A stretch of 64,000 nt of DNA from Giardia intestinalis (Eukaryota), in the NCBI GenBank assembly GCA_000002435.2, contig CM018793.1. One strand, written 5' to 3'. The notes below the pieces were generated by a model that saw nothing but the letters and a program-made list of their open reading frames with translations, did no database searches and was not told the origin of the DNA. The position numbers and the translations under genes are program-made. This document shows, one piece after another, positions 46,392-56,662 of this stretch. The first letter of the stretch is position 1; each line of letters begins with the position of its first letter.

Positions 46392-48152
46392 ACTGCCTAT
46401 GAATTGATAGACAAGATTGGGCAGGGCGGATTTGGGTCCGTCTATAAGGTACGGCGGCGCTCAGATGGGGCTATTTTTGCTTCTAAGGAAATAGATTATG
46501 CAAACTTCTCCGAGGCCAAACACAAATTAGTAACTTTTGAGACAGAGTTGTTAAGTACTCTACACCACCCAGCCATTGCTGGGCTTGTGGAGCTATATGA
46601 CGACACAGAACGAGACGTCCTCTATATCATCATGGAGCTTTTCGAGAGGGGAGATCTAAAGAACTTCATTAAGAATTTAAGGATCCAACTTCTTTGTGTG
46701 TCTGAGGCGCAGGTGTGGTTCTTTCTTGAGCAGATCCTTGCAGCACTCTGTTACATGCATGATAATCAGACGGACCCTCAGCGTCCAAAAAAGATCATAC
46801 ATAGGGATATAAAGCCAGAGAATATTGTTATCACGCAAGATGGCCGCGTTAAGCTAATTGACTTTGGTATCTGTAAGGAGCTTGTTGATTGCTCAGTCAC
46901 CCACACGCGTTGTGGAACATCTCAGTATGCTGCACCCGAGGTATTTGTTAAGAAACCGTCCTATGATGAACGGATAGATATTTGGGCTCTGGGCTGTGTT
47001 GCGTATGAGCTCGCCTCTAGCAAGTCTCTTTTCCCGGCTGACAAGGCTCCTACAGTTGCCATAAAAGAAGTACCGCCGATAAGCCTTCCAGGATTTAGCC
47101 CACTGCTTGCCGAATTTATCTCATCCATGGTGGTTATTAACCCCGAGGCGCGCCACTCGGCCAAACAGTTGTTGAAACATCTCCAGAATTTGCGTCTGGA
47201 GAAGCAAGCTCTTTCATCTAGCAAATTTGCATTATCCCTCAGTGTGTCGCCACTTTTTTATGATCCTCGTCAACGCCTAGACGCCCGTCTCAATCGCCAG
47301 GACAAGACAGAACTGCAGCTCTTTGCAATAGGCGGGCAGACAACGACTCTGAAGGACACGCTTATAACCGCAGTGTGCTGCGTAAATAATGAAGGCAAGA
47401 CTGCTCTGCACCTTGCAGCTAAAGCCAATAAGAAGTTTGTGGCCAAGACATTGATTCCGCATGAAGCAGGATTAATAGATAATGCTGGAAGCACAGCTTT
47501 TTCAATTGCGGTGAAGATGGGGCACACAGACATCGCCGAGATGTTGGCGCCCTTTGAGGCTTTCGCCTGCATTTCGAAAGGTGCAGGCCCCAACGACACC
47601 GATGAATTTGGAATGACTCCCTTGATGTGGGCAGCCATTACAAACGATGTGGGATCTGTCAGTGTATGTTTAGCCAAGGGGCTATACGTCGGACTTCAAG
47701 ATCACGATGGTATGACTGCCCTTATGCATGCCGCGCAAAATGGAAACACTGACTGCTGCAAAATGCTTCTAGAAGCAGAATCTGGCGTTGCCAATCGTCG
47801 CGGTGAAACTGCGCTCTTCTTTGCTGTTGCTGCTGATCACGTTGATATCATCGACCTACTCTTTGAAAAGGAAGCCACTATCTCAGTTAGAGCCGCAGTA
47901 AAAGGTCACAGAACCATATTGGAGGCGGCTTCGTTTGTAGGAAATATGGACGTCATCTCAAGGCTGCTTCCGCTCTGTGCCCCGTCTACCTCAGGTGACC
48001 CTATGTTTTGGAGCACTCTTGCTCAAAACGTTACGGCTACTGCTTCTCTCCAGTATAAAAAGTACGGAAGCCTAACAGACAATCTCCGCTACCTTAGTGC
48101 TATCTTAAGCCACCTCACTTGCATGGACTCTATGCACAATTCTACAGCATGA
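46374..48152 (+). CDS. NEK-family serine/threonine kinase with C-terminal ankyrin repeats
   Basis: Kinase motifs GQGGFGSVYKV, FASKEI (VAIK Lys), HRDIKPENIV, DFG, YAAPEV. C-terminal ankyrin units GKTALHLAAKAN, GSTAFSIAVKMGH, GMTPLMWAAITND, GMTALMHAAQNGN, GETALFFAVAADH. The track start 46239 is an alternative, but the kinase glycine loop follows Met 46374 directly. Confidence 0.8.
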   Translation: MATTFQTAYELIDKIGQGGFGSVYKVRRRSDGAIFASKEIDYANFSEAKHKLVTFETELLSTLHHPAIAGLVELYDDTERDVLYIIMELFERGDLKNFIKNLRIQLLCVSEAQVWFFLEQILAALCYMHDNQTDPQRPKKIIHRDIKPENIVITQDGRVKLIDFGICKELVDCSVTHTRCGTSQYAAPEVFVKKPSYDERIDIWALGCVAYELASSKSLFPADKAPTVAIKEVPPISLPGFSPLLAEFISSMVVINPEARHSAKQLLKHLQNLRLEKQALSSSKFALSLSVSPLFYDPRQRLDARLNRQDKTELQLFAIGGQTTTLKDTLITAVCCVNNEGKTALHLAAKANKKFVAKTLIPHEAGLIDNAGSTAFSIAVKMGHTDIAEMLAPFEAFACISKGAGPNDTDEFGMTPLMWAAITNDVGSVSVCLAKGLYVGLQDHDGMTALMHAAQNGNTDCCKMLLEAESGVANRRGETALFFAVAADHVDIIDLLFEKEATISVRAAVKGHRTILEAASFVGNMDVISRLLPLCAPSTSGDPMFWSTLAQNVTATASLQYKKYGSLTDNLRYLSAILSHLTCMDSMHNSTA

Positions 48153-48271
48153 GTGTCTGGTTGTACCGCACTCCCTCCCCCGCATTTCTTCAACTTGTAC
48201 GCTGCCTTCCGGCCAGCAGAAACGCTTTTGTTTACTCTACGTCTGTGCCACTACACCTTTACGTATTCTAA

Positions 48272-49291
48272 TTAGATATCTTCGCGTGTTAGCGCAACAG
48301 TCCATATCCACGCTAGCTTTTCTGCCTCCAACGGGTCGTGACGGTACAGTGAAGGCATAAACCTAGCTGTCATGATTCTGCGCCACCCGCTGTGCTTACA
48401 CCTGAATGACTTGTTCCTTTTTATTTCTGCTACAACAGAGTTATATTCTGTGTCCTCAATGTCCTGCACAACGCGCAAGTTTTGATCTACGGGGTCTTCG
48501 CGTTGCTTGAATGCCTGGATCACTATGTCCGCTGGGGTTTGCGTTTTCTTGAGTTTTGCACGCGTTGTGGTATCCATTGCAATCATACCGCAGTGAGATG
48601 CACTCATCATTGACCCGAAGAACATCCCGAACATGCTCCCCATGATGCAGAGCACAACAGGAATGATTACGGTGAAGAAATCTGTGTCGCTCTTTTGTAT
48701 GCATACTATAATTGCGGTGATAGACATCACGAAGACCCAAGTACAGTATAGGCCAATGCCCGCTGTCCCGAGTATAAAATAGAAGTGGTTCCTAAACCCC
48801 ACGTCTGTTCCAACCCATGGACAATGATGATCAAGGTACATGACACAGTGGCCACATGTGTTGCAGTGAGAGGCTCCGGGTGGACGGACAATATTGCATG
48901 TCTTGCAGAGAACGGCCGGGATGTTAGCTCCTGCAATAGAATAAATAACATTTTGCTGTGCCTCTCCAGGCTTAGCAGTGGATGGGGCATCTGCTTCCGG
49001 CACCGGGACTGTGTCTGAGGGGTCCGGGGGGAAGCGTGGTACGGGGCTTCGGGGGAGGTAGCCTGGATCTACCCAAGCAGGAAGACTGAAGACCATCACA
49101 CAGAAAATGGAGAGTATGGGCCCAAGAGAGTAGGCAATGTAGGGGGTAAATGTTGAAGACACAAAGGGAGCGACATAAGCAGTGGAAAGAATTGCATAAA
49201 ATACATAGACAATACATGTGACAAAGTAGCATGCGAAGTTCGTGCCAACCATCATGGTGCCGGAACAGCACAAACGAGGCTCGCGACACAT
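48272..49291 (-). CDS. DHHC-type protein S-palmitoyltransferase
   Basis: DHHC-CRD CKTCNIVRPPGASHCNTCGHCVMYLDHHCPWVGTDVGFRNHFYF flanked by four TM segments. Confidence 0.85.
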   Translation of the reverse strand: MCREPRLCCSGTMMVGTNFACYFVTCIVYVFYAILSTAYVAPFVSSTFTPYIAYSLGPILSIFCVMVFSLPAWVDPGYLPRSPVPRFPPDPSDTVPVPEADAPSTAKPGEAQQNVIYSIAGANIPAVLCKTCNIVRPPGASHCNTCGHCVMYLDHHCPWVGTDVGFRNHFYFILGTAGIGLYCTWVFVMSITAIIVCIQKSDTDFFTVIIPVVLCIMGSMFGMFFGSMMSASHCGMIAMDTTTRAKLKKTQTPADIVIQAFKQREDPVDQNLRVVQDIEDTEYNSVVAEIKRNKSFRCKHSGWRRIMTARFMPSLYRHDPLEAEKLAWIWTVALTREDI

Positions 49292-49323
49292 AAAAATTTT
49301 TCTTTAAGCCCCTGGCACGGCCC

Positions 49324-52248
49324 TCAACATCCCTGCTTTGCACGTTTTTCTGACATCTTTACCACATAAATCGTCACGAGCTTCAGTTGGCTGGCGCTGA
49401 GCCTGTTGAGGTATGGAGTGAAGTCTTCCCCAACCAGGTAATACAGGTCCACCAAGCAATAAACAACTGCCTTTCTGATGTCTGGGTTTTCATTTGAAAA
49501 GGCTCGCATCAGACCAGGAAACACGCTATCGATATCTTCAAGCAGAAGTGCGTTATCTTTGTAAAAGTGGCTAGTCTTGGCAAGGAGCCGCAAACTTCCG
49601 TGCAGGACCACGTCGGCTGCAGTATTGACAATAGAGGAGTATCCCTTGAATACATTTCGCACTGGAAGGACGGTTGGTAGGAGGAGAAGGACCGCGTCGG
49701 CAGCACGTCTTACGATCAATTCAGGATCCTTGTAGATCTCTAATATGGGTAGAAGAAACACGTCTAGGATGTCTTCGAGTAGCGCCCCGTCAGAAACAAC
49801 GATCAGTCTGATTATGCCAAGTGCCTCTAGCCTTACGGCAAGAGACGAATGCTTGGTTAGGTCCAGCAGCACCAATATAGCCTGTGCATAAGACCTTCTT
49901 AGCTCAGATTGTAGCTCTGGAAAACTGTTAGTCCACTGCTTCATAAGGCTCAGAAGCACATTGTCTGGTTGAGTGCTTAACGCTAAATTGCTCAAGATCC
50001 CATTAAGACGCGTTGCTGTCTGAGTGTTCGTTACCAGCTCATCTACGTCGTCTAGGTCATCGTATGCTATGGTACTAGCTTGTTTTGCTGCAGTGTGCAC
50101 AGGACCGTTGTGCTCTGGCCGTGCCGTAGCAGACACTGTCTTTCCCCGCTCTGAAGATGCAGTAGCACTGATTGGCGTTTTGCGCGATATCCTCGAGCTT
50201 TGCTGCGAGCTTGACGCGTGTGGTAGCGCTCCAGTGGATGTGCTGGACACCTGCTCTACTGCTACATCTTGGCAACCCAAGGCGTCGGTGAAGCCACTTG
50301 GAAGTCCTCCCACAGAGCTCCAGCCTATGAACTTGTCGATAGTCTCAATCAATAAGACCTTCCAATTGAAATCTATATCCATACATTTGACATAAGCGAA
50401 ACGACTAGCTGACCGGAGCCACTCCATTAAAAAGTCATCTGATGCTAGCGGTACACGTTTAGTTTTGTGGGTTTTCCCAGAGATATAGTAATAGCTAAGA
50501 CAGGTTTCTCGTACAGATGCCTCTATTTTCGGTGCCTTGGAGCCTAGAAGCTGAGACGATTTCGACCAAAAGCTCAGCCGTAAGATCCGCATCACCAGCA
50601 AGGCACACTTAGCTGTGATCCGTGTGCGCTGTAGCGCGTCGTCTGCCAACTTGCAAAAAAGTTGAATTATATCTGCCTCGTGTCGCAACCAGAAGTCTAT
50701 CTCAGAACAGAACCCTCTTCCGGCTAGATACCCTTCTGAATGCAGGCACGCTGAAATAAATAGTAGCAAGATATACTCTATTACGTGTGCCCGTACGTGC
50801 GATGACTTATCTGCCTGCCCGTGCTTCACAAGTCTAGCAAGTGCCATTTTTGGATTGCAGTATACAATGATTGCCCGCATGGTAGCGTCAGCGGATGTCT
50901 CATAACAGGCACCCTTTTGGTTCAAGAGTCTAATAAGTGGGTCTATCAGATCTACTACAAAACGGGTGCCATACGTGCCGTACCTCTGGGCATATAACTC
51001 AAGGAAGATGCACATCTCTCGAGATAGTATGCTTCGTCGAGACATGACACACGCGACTATCTGTGCGAGGTTTTGTGAAAGAAAATCAGTGAATGTCTGT
51101 GCAAATATCTGCGTGCTGAGCGTTACACCTGCTTCTGAGTCAATAATTATCAAAGATATTAGGGCTTTCACCGTGTCCAGTTGTATGGTCCAATTTGCTT
51201 CATTCTTAAGGTTTGCAGAGAATACAGAGAAGATGGCGTTCAGCTCATCTACCATTTTTTGCTCCTCGAGCCGTAGGATGCTGTGAAACTTCTTCTGAGT
51301 AAGATCTGTGCCAGCAGACACAAGTGAATTGGGCGAAAAAAGGAGATCATAAGAATAGAGTGGCCGATAGGGATAGTACGAAGCTTGCTGTGTCGGTGGA
51401 ACAATAGAAAGAGGGTTTGATTGTCCGTCTGGATCTTGGGTTGACGGGGGCGGAAATAAGCTGATGGCTGTGTCTGTGGCCGATGGTATTGACCCTCCTG
51501 TGCCTCCAATACCAGATCTCCCAGGGATGTTGGAAGCACTGGTCTCGCGCCTCACTCCGCTTCTGTTTACGCCACTGCTGGTTGGCTTCTGTATGCCGTG
51601 GTCTCGCGACTCCTTGTCTTTATCTCCCCCCGACTGACCTGCCAGTCGTGCTAGGCTGTCTGGATACTCTTCTGTCAAATTTGCAAGTGCTACCGTCGCC
51701 TGTGACCGAACAACAGGGGAACTATCCTTCGTCAACTCTGTAAATCGAGGAACGACCTTTGCCAGTGCCTTTACGTCAGGCTTTCCAAGCTCCAGGAGAA
51801 TAGTAGACAGCAGCTGAATGGTCGTCTCTCGAACGCCCGCGTTCTTGTGTGCCAGTGCAGTCATGCAAACCCCAAGGTTGATATCGAAATCGGACACAAC
51901 CGTGCTCTTCATCAGAAAATATGCAAGACTGTATGCACACTCTTTGACGCTTGGCCGCACATGGCCAAATTTGTCTAGGGTAGAGGATAGGAGTCTCTGG
52001 CCGTAAGTCTTGGTCAAGAAGGCTGTGTTACGCGATAAGATTATCTGTACAGCCTCCAATGAGTATGTAACAACTTTGAAATTTGTATCATCGAAGTTTC
52101 CCGTTAAGGCGTCGACAAACACAGAAACATTATCTGGGGCCACTGTTTCGCCCGACTTAAGCATCCCAATAAATTTCTCTAGTGCCTTGAATCTTTCGGC
52201 CGTTGGGCCCACTGAAAGGGATTCTGCTACCTGTGGATCTAGTGGCAT
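49324..52248 (-). CDS. HEAT/TOG-repeat protein (974 aa), possibly CLASP/TOGARAM-like microtubule regulator
   Basis: N-terminal ~220 aa with HEAT-like helical pairs (VKECAYSLAYFLMK, AGVRETTIQLLSTILLELG, SPVVRSQATVALANL). S/P-rich linker, then further helical repeats. The functional call is tentative. Confidence 0.5.
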   Translation of the reverse strand: MPLDPQVAESLSVGPTAERFKALEKFIGMLKSGETVAPDNVSVFVDALTGNFDDTNFKVVTYSLEAVQIILSRNTAFLTKTYGQRLLSSTLDKFGHVRPSVKECAYSLAYFLMKSTVVSDFDINLGVCMTALAHKNAGVRETTIQLLSTILLELGKPDVKALAKVVPRFTELTKDSSPVVRSQATVALANLTEEYPDSLARLAGQSGGDKDKESRDHGIQKPTSSGVNRSGVRRETSASNIPGRSGIGGTGGSIPSATDTAISLFPPPSTQDPDGQSNPLSIVPPTQQASYYPYRPLYSYDLLFSPNSLVSAGTDLTQKKFHSILRLEEQKMVDELNAIFSVFSANLKNEANWTIQLDTVKALISLIIIDSEAGVTLSTQIFAQTFTDFLSQNLAQIVACVMSRRSILSREMCIFLELYAQRYGTYGTRFVVDLIDPLIRLLNQKGACYETSADATMRAIIVYCNPKMALARLVKHGQADKSSHVRAHVIEYILLLFISACLHSEGYLAGRGFCSEIDFWLRHEADIIQLFCKLADDALQRTRITAKCALLVMRILRLSFWSKSSQLLGSKAPKIEASVRETCLSYYYISGKTHKTKRVPLASDDFLMEWLRSASRFAYVKCMDIDFNWKVLLIETIDKFIGWSSVGGLPSGFTDALGCQDVAVEQVSSTSTGALPHASSSQQSSRISRKTPISATASSERGKTVSATARPEHNGPVHTAAKQASTIAYDDLDDVDELVTNTQTATRLNGILSNLALSTQPDNVLLSLMKQWTNSFPELQSELRRSYAQAILVLLDLTKHSSLAVRLEALGIIRLIVVSDGALLEDILDVFLLPILEIYKDPELIVRRAADAVLLLLPTVLPVRNVFKGYSSIVNTAADVVLHGSLRLLAKTSHFYKDNALLLEDIDSVFPGLMRAFSNENPDIRKAVVYCLVDLYYLVGEDFTPYLNRLSASQLKLVTIYVVKMSEKRAKQGC

Positions 52249-52405
52249 TAGCCCAGTTAATAAAATTTTAGAGCAAGATTTACTGCACTCACGTACTCGT
52301 CTGTCCGATGCACTCTGAAAGATGAAGAGTAAGCGATGCTGTAGGATACTGCAAGAGAGCTATAGCTGTATTTTCCTGTCTTTGGGATCTGCTGGACGTG
52401 TTAGT

Positions 52406-53356
52406 CTAAAGTTGCATAAGTTGCTCCACCTCAGAGTTCTTGAAGCGCATGTAGTCAAGCATGTCTCTGCGGCTCATTTCCTGGTTCAGAACTTGCGGCT
52501 GCCCGGCACCTTTATCTTTCTTGAAGCCGGAATCGTACTTTCGAGGGCTTGTTTCTTTCTTCCCAACGGCCTTCGGTTTGATGCAGCAGATAATAACATT
52601 GATAAAGACGAGGATGAGAATAAAGATTGGTAGAGCGAACATTTGTGAATTGGTCTGCCCTGATTGGTGCACCCCCGAGATAATGTCCTGGAACGACTCT
52701 TGCTTCACCACTGTTCCATTATACTGTCTGAAGTAGCGAAGCGCTCCAGAAATCAAATTGATGCTTACATTTTGCGCACTATTGACCTGAAAGATCCCCG
52801 CGATGACAGGGTTGGCATACATGGACACCTCTACCGCCAGGAATATCTGCTCCTGTGGGTCCAGGACGGTCCACTCCTGGCACGATGGATCCGAGAGAAC
52901 CCAGCGCCTGCAAATTCTGATCTCCGTCACTTCACATCTCGAGACGTTGTGAGTGAATATGGCGCCGGCTATCTGGGGGAACACCCCGTTGTCAGGCAAA
53001 GATGAGCACACAGAGCTAGCCATATACGCCTCTAGAAGGGATTTGAGAGCATTTCCCCTCAGATAGGTGAGTGTAAATTGGTCTGTGGGAACCTTGTTGC
53101 CTACTATGGTCTGTAAGAGCATTGGGGCTGTGACCTTTCCAGCTGGGATATCACCCGTGAAGCTCAGTGACTGGGCCAATACCACTGTCACGCCACTGGC
53201 AAGCCGTACTCCATCCAGAGTTATTTCTGCTATCTTGCTGGGCTGCACCTGAGACATGTTCATGGCCTCTTGGAAGGTAACGTAAAATTGGTTATCAATG
53301 TTGCCTATTTGGGCTGTTATGGCAACAAAACTAGCCAGCCAGAGATACACGATCAT
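52406..53356 (-). CDS. Hypothetical type I membrane protein (signal peptide plus single C-terminal TM)
   Basis: N-terminal MIVYLWLASFVAITAQ. TM MFALPIFILILVFINVIICCI. Short cytoplasmic tail. Confidence 0.5.
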   Translation of the reverse strand: MIVYLWLASFVAITAQIGNIDNQFYVTFQEAMNMSQVQPSKIAEITLDGVRLASGVTVVLAQSLSFTGDIPAGKVTAPMLLQTIVGNKVPTDQFTLTYLRGNALKSLLEAYMASSVCSSLPDNGVFPQIAGAIFTHNVSRCEVTEIRICRRWVLSDPSCQEWTVLDPQEQIFLAVEVSMYANPVIAGIFQVNSAQNVSINLISGALRYFRQYNGTVVKQESFQDIISGVHQSGQTNSQMFALPIFILILVFINVIICCIKPKAVGKKETSPRKYDSGFKKDKGAGQPQVLNQEMSRRDMLDYMRFKNSEVEQLMQL

Positions 53357-53766
53357 CCCTATCTTTGGCTAGTATTTTGGCTTTGCCTCAGATTCCCACA
53401 CTAGCTCCGGAAAGAATTTTGATCGATGCAAGTATGCAATCGAAGTGAAGAGTAATGATATGCAGCTACATTAGAGGGCCATCTAGTCCATGTATTAGGG
53501 GGAATTCAGCGGCAAGAGAGAAATATTCACTCTATCTTACAAGATAGCATGTAGTAGACCTGGATTTCTGGGCGTTGTCCTGCTCACGAACAAAAATAGA
53601 GAAGACATGCATCATGTGCCACTATCACGATTGTAGGGAGCCCCACCTTTGTGAAGAAACTCTTACGTCATTCGGGGGCAAATCGGGATACTGATAGCAA
53701 GCTATGGAAGACAGGACACCCGTTGGCTAAAGCAATAGTGACCATACCTTACCGTTACCAATATTA

Positions 53767-54555
53767 CTAAGTCGGTACCTGAAACACGCGAGCTCGGTGT
53801 CCTGCTGATAGATGCTGATTCTGGCGTAGATCGGTGTTGACTCCAGTGGCGCTGCTCGCTTGGTATTTCTTGCCCCGATCCTGCGAGTTGAATATGTACT
53901 CCCCCGTGCTCATGATGCTCTCGTCATGCTTTTCAGAAGGCCGATCGAGAATGAGAGTGTTTGCTCTGTTAACTGTGTTGGCCTCCCCGACGAGGCCTCT
54001 ATACCGATTTAGCGTAATCGCTTTGGCCGACTCGGGCCGGAAACCAGATGCAATTGTCAGATATTCTGCCGATAGAGCAGATTGCCCAGTGGCTTTAGCC
54101 AGGCGTGCCAGGCCTTCAAAGCATGATCGAAGAGCCCGGATGTGCTCCTCCTCGAAGTCTGTGCATGTCGATATGATCTCGCTGGCTTGCTCTGCTGACG
54201 CTGTGCCGTGTAATTTTGTGGCAGTCTTAAATCCAGCCATGGCGCGCTTAATCACTGACTTTGAGATTTGTAAGAATGCAAGTCTCCCGGCATTCAAACT
54301 AATTGCTACCTCACTAAAGAGATCCTCAAAGTGACGGGCATTAGCTGCGCCATTCAGTGCTAAAGATCTGTAGTCCAACGGTTCTGTGGAAGCCATGCAG
54401 TGGAGTGCCCTTGCAAGCGCACCAAAACTCCTTGAAGTGTCCTGGAGACACTTCATGGTGTTCCCGAGCGCCACAACAAGCTTCTTTTCCGCAGCCAGGC
54501 GGATCGGCAGGCTCTCGGCCTTCATAGTTTTAAAATCACAAAGGCACTTGGACAC
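53767..54555 (-). CDS. Hypothetical protein (262 aa)
   Basis: Longest ORF at this locus. The overlapping plus ORF 53834..54334 is R/A-rich and judged a shadow. Confidence 0.45.
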   Translation of the reverse strand: MSKCLCDFKTMKAESLPIRLAAEKKLVVALGNTMKCLQDTSRSFGALARALHCMASTEPLDYRSLALNGAANARHFEDLFSEVAISLNAGRLAFLQISKSVIKRAMAGFKTATKLHGTASAEQASEIISTCTDFEEEHIRALRSCFEGLARLAKATGQSALSAEYLTIASGFRPESAKAITLNRYRGLVGEANTVNRANTLILDRPSEKHDESIMSTGEYIFNSQDRGKKYQASSATGVNTDLRQNQHLSAGHRARVFQVPT

Positions 54556-54568
54556 CGTGAGCCCGGAG

Positions 54569-56350
54569 TCATGAAATGTTGTACTTGGACGAGCTTAAAA
54601 CCAAGCCCAATACGCTAATTAGTGACGTGATGACGTTATATACCCCCAATTCCTGGATAAGAGAAAACTTAAACCTCGGGCTCCTACTTGCGGAAAAGGT
54701 GAGCATAGAGCAGAAGAAAAAGCGACCGAGTGACAGAAGGTATATGCTTATAGTCTTTTGGTCCATCAATAGGTGTGTTACCAATAGAATATGTGCACCT
54801 ATGAAGAGATTACTAACATAGCGCACTATTGAGGTGCCAGAGTCATTATAAATGCTATCTATCCACAACTTTTCTATCTGAGTGAGCCACTTATAGTTAA
54901 ATTGCTTGAAAATAGGTACAAGTCCGTTCAATTTAGCCATTACTGGATAGGACACTGCAGAACATGCAATGCACAGGAACACGACGTGCCGCTTGATGAG
55001 CACCTCCTTTTTGTAAGCGCGTTCAGCGTGTGCTCTTACTATTGCAGCCGTAAACAAATCCACAATGGAGATGCTTAGCGAGTTGAATGTGTCATACAAA
55101 AAGCGGAAAAGCGTTAATTGCATTATTTTAAGTGTAGAGCGTTCGGTGGCCATTATCTGTAGTCTAGAAAATACGCACATGGTGAGCAGGGGCACTAAGA
55201 TGCTGATTCGGTCCAGGTAGACAGGTATCCACGAAACCAGAAAGTGCTTCACGATCTCTGCAAGGCCTCTCTTGTCAGTCAGAAGAACTAGGAGGCCGTA
55301 GGCAAATGGAATGCACGAGACGGCAATAGGATCCCTCTTGTGGTTTGCCCATCCCATCTCTCGTGTTCTGCAGGCGACCAAGCAGGCGGCGATGACTATG
55401 AACATGCAGCTCGATAATAGAATGCTAAGGTGGTAGCTGTACAAATGCACCCTCATAACCAGTGATTTGGATGACTCCTTACTCACCTGTGGAATGTTGT
55501 GCGGGCTAAGTAGCGAAATAAGCTCCTGGATGGTCGTTGCAGTTGACACACTGTGTGGTTTAGTTGAATACAACATTCCCTCGTGGTAGAACTCACTGGT
55601 TGGGAGCTTGACAGATTCATTGAACTCTCCTGTCCAGTAGCTGGCCTTGCGGACCATCGGCATGCTCAGGTAGAAGATAGACACCATGAACACAAGCAAC
55701 TTAGTGAACTCTCTGGCAGCAAGTGCCCCTAGCAAGATGACTGATCTCTCCTCGGCCATGAGAATGTGTTGCATGCAGGTCGATATGGTAACGATGGTTG
55801 CATTGATCCAGGTGGAGACCGTGTAGGCACGCATGCACCAGGGCGCCAAGTCCCCAAGCAAGCGAGTGATGAGGGTGTTTTGAAGTAAGGTGCACAAGAA
55901 TGCTACTGAAAGGGTCATGAAAAGACTAAGCAATATGTATGCCCATGCGTAAGCAACAAAACTCAGTGCTTTATCCTGCTGAACCAGCTGTGTTAGGGAA
56001 ACGTGTGCAACGCGTGACATCGCATAAACGGGCGCCAATATGACAATCTCTTGAAAACAGTACAGGATGCCAAAAATATTGACCATTTGTATCCCCAAAT
56101 ATTGTACAAGTATTAAGAATATTAAGAAGTTGACAATGTGGTGAAGATAGTTTAACAAGATATACAGGCCCTCATAACACTTATTACTTACGTGAGAGCC
56201 ATGAGAAATCGTGTTAAAGAGTGCCGGGCGTTTGTACTGCCTCTCTGTGTCTTTTTGGACATTGGAGGCCTTAGAGTTAACCTCGAATAAATAGTATTCA
56301 TCTGCAACCGCGACAACGTACGACAAAAGAGTATTCATTGCAACGCTCAA
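54569..56350 (-). CDS. Hypothetical polytopic membrane protein (about 12 predicted TM segments)
   Basis: Repeated 20-aa hydrophobic stretches throughout, including LIFLILVQYLGIQMVNIFGILY, ILLSLFMTLSVAFLCTLL, LLVFMVSIFYLSM, MFIVIAACLVA and HILLVTHLLM. Confidence 0.55.
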   Translation of the reverse strand: MSVAMNTLLSYVVAVADEYYLFEVNSKASNVQKDTERQYKRPALFNTISHGSHVSNKCYEGLYILLNYLHHIVNFLIFLILVQYLGIQMVNIFGILYCFQEIVILAPVYAMSRVAHVSLTQLVQQDKALSFVAYAWAYILLSLFMTLSVAFLCTLLQNTLITRLLGDLAPWCMRAYTVSTWINATIVTISTCMQHILMAEERSVILLGALAAREFTKLLVFMVSIFYLSMPMVRKASYWTGEFNESVKLPTSEFYHEGMLYSTKPHSVSTATTIQELISLLSPHNIPQVSKESSKSLVMRVHLYSYHLSILLSSCMFIVIAACLVACRTREMGWANHKRDPIAVSCIPFAYGLLVLLTDKRGLAEIVKHFLVSWIPVYLDRISILVPLLTMCVFSRLQIMATERSTLKIMQLTLFRFLYDTFNSLSISIVDLFTAAIVRAHAERAYKKEVLIKRHVVFLCIACSAVSYPVMAKLNGLVPIFKQFNYKWLTQIEKLWIDSIYNDSGTSIVRYVSNLFIGAHILLVTHLLMDQKTISIYLLSLGRFFFCSMLTFSASRSPRFKFSLIQELGVYNVITSLISVLGLVLSSSKYNIS

Positions 56351-56634
56351 AATACCGCGGGAGGTTGTCTATGCAGCAAACGAAGGCAGTGACAAGTAAG
56401 TAGCAAGACCTTGCCCAAATTTTAAAGTTCTGCTAGGAAAGTATTTGTAAATAGAACAATTGTCCAATCAAATGTTTTATTGTACAAACTATTAGATGGC
56501 TTCTCAGCGGCCTAAGCAAGGGGGTCCGTGTTGGTATTACTGCCACCTCACGATGTCCCTCTTCTTCTAGTAAACCCTGAATGAGCGAGAGGTCAACAAG
56601 ATGTTGACCCGTTAATCCCTGCCTGTGACAATGA

Positions 56635-56641
56635 ATTCACT
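56635..56641 (-). promoter_or_regulatory. Putative polyadenylation signal AGTGAAT downstream of the malic enzyme gene
   Basis: Plus-strand ATTCACT is the reverse complement of AGTGAAT, about 22 nt past the minus-strand stop. Confidence 0.4.
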
Positions 56642-56662
56642 TAAACGGCGCCCAGTGCACAT

